Source: an uncultured virus (IMG/VR IMGVR_UViG_3300037067_017539) (lineage: Duplodnaviria > Heunggongvirae > Uroviricota > Caudoviricetes). From it: a stretch of 25,375 nucleotides of DNA. The notes under the pieces were generated by a model. That model made no database searches. It was not told the DNA's origin and was given only the letters and a program-made list of their open reading frames with translations. Positions 7,399-14,077 of this stretch are shown here, piece after piece; the first letter of the stretch is position 1; the number at the start of each line of letters is the position of its first letter. The stretch lies in the IMG/VR virus record IMGVR_UViG_3300037067_017539. One strand, written 5' to 3'. The translations under genes and the position numbers were made by a program.

Positions 7399-8586
7399 AT
7401 GGTAGCTTTAACCGGGAAACTGTTGAGTGCCTGCATGATGGTTAAAAATGAATCCACCAACTTGGAAAGGTGTTTAAAATCCCTTTCCGGGTTGGTGGAT
7501 GAAATTATTGTTGTTGACACTGGCTCCACAGACAATACAGTTGAAATTGCAAAAAAATACGGAGCAAAAGTATATCATCACCCGTGGGCAAACGATTTTT
7601 CAAAACATCGGAATCAATCAATAAATTATGCAACCGGAAAATGGATTCTTATAATTGATGCAGATGAAGAAATAACTTTTAAAGAAGGCTGTTCAATAAA
7701 AAATGCCAGAAAATTTCTTAAAAAACTGGAGAACCAATTCCCTGCAGCGGCGTTTAATGTAAAAGACATACAACACGGCATGACCTGTTTGCAGTTCACA
7801 AGCGCAAGGGTTTTTCTTAATGGCAAAATACATTATGAAGGCCGGGTACATAATCAAGCTGTAATTAATGGCGGCGGCAAGGCAATGTTTTATCCTGGAA
7901 TAGACATTTTACACTATGGGTACGACATGACGCCTGAACAGAAGCAAGCAAAGTTCGAAAGAACTTCTGGCTTACTTTTAAAACGTGTTGAAGATAACGA
8001 CATTGCAAATGGCTTGATGTATTTTTATTTGTGTCAGATTTTTGCAAATAATAACATGCATGAATCGGCCGTTAAATGGGGTGAAAAATACTTATCCTAC
8101 CAAATTGAAAATAACACTGACAAAGAGTCTTTTTGTCAGTCAATTTATTTCACGATGATAAAAAGTTATATTGAACTCGAAAATTCAACAAAGGCGGCGG
8201 ACTGGTTAAATCTTGCCGTGAAAGAATTACCGGGGGATTTGGATATTGCTTTTGCTGCTATTGAATATGGTATTTTTACTAAAAATGACAACCTTGTTAT
8301 CAATGCAGCTAAAGAATATTCATCCATTTATGAAAATTTTATGGTCAATCCCAGCTTAAAAGGCAACCGGTTTATTTTTAGTTTGCGACCAGAAGCCTTA
8401 TGTTTTGCGCTTTATCATCAAAGCATCCTTCAAGCGCAAGGTTCTATGAAAGCACTTGGAGAACTCATGAAGAATCTTGAAAATGTTCCAGATGGTTTTA
8501 AGAACGGAATGGCTGAAGATTTAAGCTTAAATTTTGGTAAATTGGGAATTAATATTCAATTCAACAATCATATAAGGAAAAAATAA
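7399..8586 (+). CDS. Glycosyltransferase family 2 (SunS/flagellin-GT-like) with C-terminal TPR-like helical region, paralog 1
   Basis: LSACMMVKNE..NLERCL.S, DEIIVVDTGSTD, W.NDFS..RN, WILIIDADE (DxD motif), HYGY. Helical C-terminal half. Confidence 0.92.
   Translation: MVALTGKLLSACMMVKNESTNLERCLKSLSGLVDEIIVVDTGSTDNTVEIAKKYGAKVYHHPWANDFSKHRNQSINYATGKWILIIDADEEITFKEGCSIKNARKFLKKLENQFPAAAFNVKDIQHGMTCLQFTSARVFLNGKIHYEGRVHNQAVINGGGKAMFYPGIDILHYGYDMTPEQKQAKFERTSGLLLKRVEDNDIANGLMYFYLCQIFANNNMHESAVKWGEKYLSYQIENNTDKESFCQSIYFTMIKSYIELENSTKAADWLNLAVKELPGDLDIAFAAIEYGIFTKNDNLVINAAKEYSSIYENFMVNPSLKGNRFIFSLRPEALCFALYHQSILQAQGSMKALGELMKNLENVPDGFKNGMAEDLSLNFGKLGINIQFNNHIRKK
7498..7608 (+). repeat. Exact DNA repeat blocks (35 nt and 45 nt) shared with the second glycosyltransferase gene
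   Basis: 7498-7532 equals 8957-8991 (gatgaaattattgttgttgacactggctccacaga). 7564-7608 equals 9023-9067 (gcaaaagtatatcatcacccgtgggcaaacgatttttcaaaacat). Confidence 0.9.
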
Positions 8587-8864
8587 TGTCATTTAATGCA
8601 TATACAAAGTACGGGAAACAGGTAAAATTTTTACACAAGATTGATCATTATACGGCAATTCGTTCTGGTAAATTCTTTATCAATCCTCCGGGTACAAAAG
8701 TTGAACCTATTGAAAAAGTAGTTGAAACTCCTGCGACTGAAGAAACTGTTCAGGATGTTGAACAAATTGAAGTTGTAGAAGATATTGTTGCAGAACCTGA
8801 ACCTGAACCTGAAAAAACAATTTTTAATCCTGTTGTTGAAAAAAAAGTTAGGCTTAAAAAATAA
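8586..8864 (+). CDS. Small hypothetical protein with acidic Glu/Pro/Val-rich tail
   Basis: 92 aa, joined to both flanking GT genes by TAATG stop/start overlaps. Low-complexity C-terminus (EPEPEPE). Confidence 0.75.
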   Translation: MSFNAYTKYGKQVKFLHKIDHYTAIRSGKFFINPPGTKVEPIEKVVETPATEETVQDVEQIEVVEDIVAEPEPEPEKTIFNPVVEKKVRLKK

Positions 8865-10045
8865 TGACCAATAAACCCTTTATATCAGCTTGCATGATGG
8901 TTAAAGACGAAGCGGCAAACCTGCAAAGGTGCCTTTCGTCTTTAACGGGGTTGGTTGATGAAATTATTGTTGTTGACACTGGCTCCACAGATGAAACTGT
9001 TAAAATTGCAGAAAGCTTTAATGCAAAAGTATATCATCACCCGTGGGCAAACGATTTTTCAAAACATAGGAATCAATCAATTTTGTATGCCAATGGGGAA
9101 TGGATTCTTATTGTTGACGCTGATGAAGAAGTTATTTGTCCCGATCAACCCTTATTTAAAAAACTGATCAAAACTTTGCCTGAAAAATATTCTTCCGTTG
9201 CTGTTGGGTTTAATGATATACAGGCCGGAAAAGTAATAATGAAATTTAATACGACCCGATTCTTTCGCAACGGGCAAGTTTTTTATAAAGGCATTGTGCA
9301 TAATCAACCGGTTCAATTTGGTCAAACGGTTTTCATCAACGATCTGACCCTTAATCATTATGGTTACGATTTAACGCCCGAACAAAAGCAAATCAAATTT
9401 GAAAGAACAAAAGGCCTGTTATATAAACGCCTGAAAAATAATGCCAAAGATTATCCGGTATATTTTTATCTTTCTCAGCTTTTCGGAACAATGGGCAATG
9501 CTGAAAAATGCGTTGAATATGCTGAAAAATACGTTTCATTGAAAAAAGAAATGCCAAAAGAGGTATTCAATAAAAGCATTTATTTTACATTGATTTGCAA
9601 TCTGATGAAAAAAATTAAAGATCCTGTAAAAACAAATCGATATTTAAAAGAAGGTTTAGAAGATTTACCCGGTGACTTAGACCTTACTATGGCAACCATT
9701 GAATATGGGGTTTGGATTAATAATGATGCATTGATTATTGATAGTTCATCAGAATTTTTGGAACTATACGCTGAATACGAAAAAGATGGTGCCAAGAAGG
9801 AACAGCGGTTTGTTTATTCTCATAGGCCGGAAGCCTTAGCTTATTGTTATTTTCACCGGACTGTTGCCTCATTTAGGCAGGGCGCAAAAGGAATGAATGG
9901 ATTGTTTAATACACTGGAAAAGATTCCTTGTGAAGCGTTTAAGGCGGGAACAATAACAGATTTACAAATTGCTTTGGCAAAATGTGGAATACCAATTTCA
10001 ATAAAGCCCAAGCATTTAATTGAAAAAGAAATTGTGGAGGCTTAA
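8864..10045 (+). CDS. Glycosyltransferase family 2 with C-terminal TPR-like region, paralog 2
   Basis: ISACMMVKDE..NLQRCL, DEIIVVDTGSTD, WILIVDADE, HYGY. Colinear with paralog 1, including the C-terminal LPGDLD...A.IEYG and RPEAL motifs. Confidence 0.92.
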   Translation: MTNKPFISACMMVKDEAANLQRCLSSLTGLVDEIIVVDTGSTDETVKIAESFNAKVYHHPWANDFSKHRNQSILYANGEWILIVDADEEVICPDQPLFKKLIKTLPEKYSSVAVGFNDIQAGKVIMKFNTTRFFRNGQVFYKGIVHNQPVQFGQTVFINDLTLNHYGYDLTPEQKQIKFERTKGLLYKRLKNNAKDYPVYFYLSQLFGTMGNAEKCVEYAEKYVSLKKEMPKEVFNKSIYFTLICNLMKKIKDPVKTNRYLKEGLEDLPGDLDLTMATIEYGVWINNDALIIDSSSEFLELYAEYEKDGAKKEQRFVYSHRPEALAYCYFHRTVASFRQGAKGMNGLFNTLEKIPCEAFKAGTITDLQIALAKCGIPISIKPKHLIEKEIVEA

Positions 10046-10048
10046 AGT

Positions 10049-10564
10049 ATGCCGACATTAATCATAGAAGATGGTACTGCTGCAACACAATCAGCAAACA
10101 GTTATGTTACAGTTGAAAATGTTGATACATTTTGTGAAAATTATGGGTTGGTTTCGTGGGCTTCCTTATCAACAACCGATAAAGAAACTTCGATTTTTCG
10201 TGGTATGGCATACGTGGAAACTTTTGATTTTAAGGGCGAGAAAGAAAATTATGATAATCCCTTAGAATGGCCCAGATACGGGATATACGATGAAAACAGA
10301 ATAGACCCGAGCATTGACCTACTTTTTTACCAAGAAATACCAAAAGGGCTTAAAAATGCGGTTTGCCGGGCAAGTTATGAAGAATCTATTGATCCCGGTG
10401 TATTACAACAAACCTTAACAAGTAACGTAAAAAGTGAAAAGGTTGATGTTATTGCGTTTGAATATTTTTCATCAGAACCTTCAAAGGCAATTTATACATC
10501 AATACTTGGCTTTTTAAAAGGGTTGATTCGTAATTCAAATACTGCATCTATCAAGAGGATTTAA
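10049..10564 (+). CDS. Head-tail adaptor (DnaT-like phage family)
   Basis: LIIEDGT....ANSYV.V, FKG.K.....PLEWPR, IP..LK.A.C and K.EKVDVI..EY motifs. Neck position. Confidence 0.85.
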   Translation: MPTLIIEDGTAATQSANSYVTVENVDTFCENYGLVSWASLSTTDKETSIFRGMAYVETFDFKGEKENYDNPLEWPRYGIYDENRIDPSIDLLFYQEIPKGLKNAVCRASYEESIDPGVLQQTLTSNVKSEKVDVIAFEYFSSEPSKAIYTSILGFLKGLIRNSNTASIKRI

Positions 10565-10570
10565 TGAATT

Positions 10571-10951
10571 ATGAATTATGCAGCTATACAAAAAAAAGTT
10601 CAAAAGGCGATAGCAAAAACAGGTTTTTCGTTGCAACTGCTTGTAGTTACACAGGGCGCTTTCAATGCAACCTTGGATACCATTGCGACAACAATCGCTA
10701 CTTATGATATAAAGGGTCTTTACGCTGAATATAAGAATTATGAAATATCCGCTTCTATTGTTGGTTCAGACAACAGCTTTATAAAATCAACCGATAGAAA
10801 ACTTTTAATCGATGCGGTTGGTTTGCCCGATTTAAACGCGGCTGATTCAATAAGGTTTTTAGTAGATTCTATTGACCTTGATGTTGGCGAAATCAAACCG
10901 ATAAAACCGGGTAATATTAATTTATTATACAAAGTCCAAATAAAAGGGTAA
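10571..10951 (+). CDS. Head closure (stopper) protein
   Basis: 126 aa between the adaptor and the gp10-like gene. MNY...., I...DRKLLI and I.P....LLY..Q pattern. Confidence 0.7.
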   Translation: MNYAAIQKKVQKAIAKTGFSLQLLVVTQGAFNATLDTIATTIATYDIKGLYAEYKNYEISASIVGSDNSFIKSTDRKLLIDAVGLPDLNAADSIRFLVDSIDLDVGEIKPIKPGNINLLYKVQIKG

Positions 10952-10962
10952 AAAGGGTAATA

Positions 10963-11451
10963 ATGGCTGAAATAACCATGGAAGATCTTAACGATAAAAT
11001 CGCAAATTCAGCACAAGAGTTTGCAGAATATTTGGTTGAAATTGCTGATTTGATTGACGCTGATTTTAATAAAATTTTTAGGAAATGTTGTCTTGACGCT
11101 TTTGCTGAAATACTTAGACGATCTCCTGTTGACACTGGATTTTACAGAGCAAGTAATGATATTTCATTTGGTCTATCGCCTCCGCCTGATACAGAATTAA
11201 CTTTGCCAGTTAAAAAAGCAGGAACCACACTTAAATTCACCGCTGATGTTGCCGATAAAGAAAAGAAAATTTCCATCGGTGTAAAAAGTGGAGTTGTTTG
11301 GTTTTTCAATAACACACCGTATGCATTCAGAATAGAAACTGGTTGGAGTACCAGAAAAGCTCCGCAAGGTGTTTATTTAATCACGTTGGATAGGTTCAAT
11401 GATCATTTTTCTAAAATCCTAAAAAGTTACGATTATATGCAGGAATATTAA
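10963..11451 (+). CDS. HK97 gp10-like tail completion/neck protein
   Basis: RSPVDTG..RAS and NN.PYA..IE.G.S..APQG motifs. Confidence 0.88.
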   Translation: MAEITMEDLNDKIANSAQEFAEYLVEIADLIDADFNKIFRKCCLDAFAEILRRSPVDTGFYRASNDISFGLSPPPDTELTLPVKKAGTTLKFTADVADKEKKISIGVKSGVVWFFNNTPYAFRIETGWSTRKAPQGVYLITLDRFNDHFSKILKSYDYMQEY

Positions 11452-11453
11452 TC

Positions 11454-11852
11454 ATGACTCCAGATGCCATTGATACAGCATTAATTTCAACACTGAATTC
11501 TTCATGGGCTACTGCGACAGAAATTGCATGGCCAAACCACAATTTTAAGGTTCCTGAAAATTTACCTTGGATTCGGCCGGTAATTGTAATGTCTGAAACT
11601 GAATTTGGAGAACTTGGTGATGAAGGAGTAAGCCTTAGACATGGCATGTTTTTTATTACAATATTTTTACCACAAAATATTGGAACAAAAGTCGGAAAAA
11701 CATTAGCAAACCGGCTTGAACAAATTTATCGACGGAAAGAATTAAGTGGTGTAATAACGGATGAAGTTACGACGACAAGCGTGGGCATTGATGATGATGG
11801 ATTTTATGAAATTTTAGTTTCTATTCCAATTCATGCATGGATTGGTGAATAA
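11454..11852 (+). CDS. Tail terminator protein
   Basis: 132 aa immediately before the tail tube. IAWPN..F..P...PWIR and G.F.I.IF.P...G motifs. Confidence 0.8.
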   Translation: MTPDAIDTALISTLNSSWATATEIAWPNHNFKVPENLPWIRPVIVMSETEFGELGDEGVSLRHGMFFITIFLPQNIGTKVGKTLANRLEQIYRRKELSGVITDEVTTTSVGIDDDGFYEILVSIPIHAWIGE

Positions 11853-11871
11853 TTAAGAAAGGGGATTTATT

Positions 11872-13257
11872 ATGAGCGAGACAAGTAGTATTGGTTTATC
11901 AAGAAAACAAAGAGTTTTTGCAGTTCTCGAAACTACAATGGGAACTTTAGAATTTCCTTCGGCCGCAAATTTTATTCGACCGGCTGGGAATGCAGTGATT
12001 AACCAGAACCCTGAATTCTCAGATTCCATTGAGCTTGAAGATACCTTAGACGTTTTGGATGTTTTCCCGAATGCAATGCCGGCCGGTGATTTTACAATTC
12101 CAATGTATATTAGGCCAAATTCAACATTTGGAAGCGACCCGCAAGGTAGTTGCCTATTTGAATCTTTAATGGGTGAAAAAAACCCTGAAACAACGGCCGC
12201 TCTTTTGAATCTTATTGATGCAACCGTATCCACGATTGCTATTGATACGATTTCCGGAGGAACATTTCCTGAAAAAGGCGTTATAACCATCGGAACAGAG
12301 AAAATCCATTATACCGGGTTGACGCAAACTTATGGGGCAACAACGGCTACTCTTACTGGAGCAACAAGGGGTTATGATTCCACGACTGCTGCCGCAACTG
12401 CGGCCGATGTAGCCGTTACATTATCTTCGGTGTTTTATAAACAAAAAACAACGAGTCCTTCAATAACTGTATGGGTGGAAACAGACCATATGGTTCAGGC
12501 CTTGGCCGGGGCTTCAGTTAATGCTGGTGAAATTGGCCTTACGAATGAAGGTGCAGTAACAATCAATTTTACCGGGCAGGGAATGAGAATGTATTGGGCC
12601 GGAACGACTGCAATGGCCGCAACGACCGCTTCTGGATTGGGTGTGCTCTCATTAGATTCGGGCAAACATTTTTCTGTCGGCATGTTTATTCAAAATAAAA
12701 CAACCGAAGATACAAACAGCGGTGCTGGCTATGAAATTTTAAGTGTAAGCACTACGGCCGCAACAATGACCGTTACGCCTGCTCTTGCTCATCCATTTTC
12801 GGAAAATGATGTTATTTCTGGTTATTTGCCTGATGCCACTGTAATTGGCGACCCAATTGAAGGCCGGTATTCTTCGGTTGAAATTGATTCGGTTGAAGCA
12901 AAGATTAAAACCGGCACTCTTAATGTAAATGCGCCGAAGCAATATATCACTGATGAAGTTGGTACGGAATATCCAGAAGACTTTTTGGAAGATGTGCGGG
13001 AAATCACCTCCGATATCGGTCTTTATTTCCGCAAGGCAGATGTTAAATATTTCCAAGATGGTTTTGCCAATACTGAAGAATCGACCGTCCTTGTAACGTG
13101 TGGACAGACTGCCGGCAATATTTTTGAAGCTTATATGAAACGAACGAAATTAAAAGTTCCGACAATAGAAATTGCGTCCCCTGCGGTTGAATTGAAAATT
13201 AACATGAAGGCTCTTGGTACAAACGGTGAAGACAGTTTGGAATTATACTTTAGATAA
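11872..13257 (+). CDS. Major tail (tube) protein with two inserted Thr/Ala-rich beta domains
   Basis: Follows the terminator and precedes the chaperones and TMP. N-terminal FAV.ETT.GT motif, PS.TV, REIT..I.LYF. Unusually long at 461 aa. Confidence 0.85.
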   Translation: MSETSSIGLSRKQRVFAVLETTMGTLEFPSAANFIRPAGNAVINQNPEFSDSIELEDTLDVLDVFPNAMPAGDFTIPMYIRPNSTFGSDPQGSCLFESLMGEKNPETTAALLNLIDATVSTIAIDTISGGTFPEKGVITIGTEKIHYTGLTQTYGATTATLTGATRGYDSTTAAATAADVAVTLSSVFYKQKTTSPSITVWVETDHMVQALAGASVNAGEIGLTNEGAVTINFTGQGMRMYWAGTTAMAATTASGLGVLSLDSGKHFSVGMFIQNKTTEDTNSGAGYEILSVSTTAATMTVTPALAHPFSENDVISGYLPDATVIGDPIEGRYSSVEIDSVEAKIKTGTLNVNAPKQYITDEVGTEYPEDFLEDVREITSDIGLYFRKADVKYFQDGFANTEESTVLVTCGQTAGNIFEAYMKRTKLKVPTIEIASPAVELKINMKALGTNGEDSLELYFR

Positions 13258-13268
13258 CAACATCTGAT

Positions 13269-13328
13269 TTGCCTCGGGATAGGCCATGATTTATGGTTGA
13301 TGGGCTCCCGGTTGCCTTCCCGAGGCAA
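13269..13328 (+). promoter_or_regulatory. GC-rich multibranch stem-loop between the tail tube and chaperone genes
   Basis: Perfect 11-bp inverted repeat ttgcctcggga (13269-13279) / tcccgaggcaa (13318-13328), enclosing ggccat-gattt-atggtt and gggc...gcct stems. Confidence 0.6.
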
Positions 13329-13361
13329 TTCCTTACAAACAAAAAAGGGAAATTAAATATA

Positions 13362-13775
13362 ATGAGACTTAAAACGAAACAAGTTGCAAGTTGGATTACA
13401 ATGGAAGACGTTGACGGAAATAAATGCCGGTTCCTTGTTGTGCCGTTAACTCCGAAACAAGTCAACACAATGTTAAACAATGCTACAGAATCTGAATGGG
13501 ATAAAGGTCAGCGGTTTGAAAGTTTGAATGGTGTAAAATACAGAACCAACAAGCTTATAAAGGCCATTCAGGATTGGGAAGGCGTTGAAGACGAAGACGG
13601 CAACGAGCTTGAATGCAATGACAAAAACAAAGAAATTCTTTATCTGAATAATCCGGGCTTTACAGATGCGTTAATTGCAAAGATCGATGCAATTTACGAA
13701 TTTCAGCTTAAGAAGGACGAAGAAGACACAAAAAACTTGCCAAATGGGCCAGATGGAACGCTGTCCCGGGAGTAG
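13362..13775 (+). CDS. Tail assembly chaperone G
   Basis: Likely start is ATG 13362 after AAGGGA, not 13293 which lies inside the stem-loop. I.DWEGVEDEDGNELEC.D.NK..L motif typical of TACs. Ends in a slippery site (T-K-N). Confidence 0.85.
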   Translation: MRLKTKQVASWITMEDVDGNKCRFLVVPLTPKQVNTMLNNATESEWDKGQRFESLNGVKYRTNKLIKAIQDWEGVEDEDGNELECNDKNKEILYLNNPGFTDALIAKIDAIYEFQLKKDEEDTKNLPNGPDGTLSRE

Positions 13776-14065
13776 TCTGTGACTGTAAGGCCTGTTCGTA
13801 TACTTATGATGGTAAACCGCCATGCAATGATTGTGAAATACCAAGACTAAATGACGATAACACTCTTGCGTGGGAAATATGGAAAGTTGGCAATCAGTTC
13901 GACAGGCCTTTAGGGTTCGGAGTTGTTGGGCCAATCACAACAAGTAGTGTTTTGAATTTATGCGAACAGTATGACGCAACAATTGAAGACTTTGAAAAAA
14001 TCTTGTTAATTGAAGATATTATTTGGCCAACAATAAATAAAAGTTCCGATAAAGAAGGAAAATAG
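13730..14065 (+). CDS. Tail assembly chaperone T extension (GT) via programmed -1 frameshift, DUF1799-like
   Basis: Slippery heptamer A AAA AAC at 13730-13736. The -1 frame is open to TAG at 14063-14065: KLAKWARWNAVPGVVCDCKACSYTYDGKPPCNDCEIPRLNDDNTLAWEIWKVGNQFDRPLGFGVVGPITTSSVLNLCEQYDATIEDFEKILLIEDIIWPTINKSSDKEGK. It fills the gap before the TMP. Confidence 0.88.
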   Translation, partial: KKLAKWARWNAVPGVVCDCKACSYTYDGKPPCNDCEIPRLNDDNTLAWEIWKVGNQFDRPLGFGVVGPITTSSVLNLCEQYDATIEDFEKILLIEDIIWPTINKSSDKEGK

Positions 14066-14077
14066 GAGACCGCACTT

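Noticed and set aside
7399..10045. GTs as DNA-hypermodification or O-antigen conversion enzymes
   Set aside because: No base-modifying enzymes or GtrA/GtrB-type membrane proteins are nearby. The GT2-TPR architecture and late structural operon position fit protein acceptors better. Disfavoured but not formally excluded.
13269..13328. Possible hammerhead ribozyme (three stems)
   Set aside because: The conserved CUGANGA and GAAA core elements are absent.
13293..13361. N-terminal extension of the tail chaperone from ATG 13293
   Set aside because: It lies within the GC-rich stem-loop and has no RBS. ATG 13362 has a purine-rich RBS.
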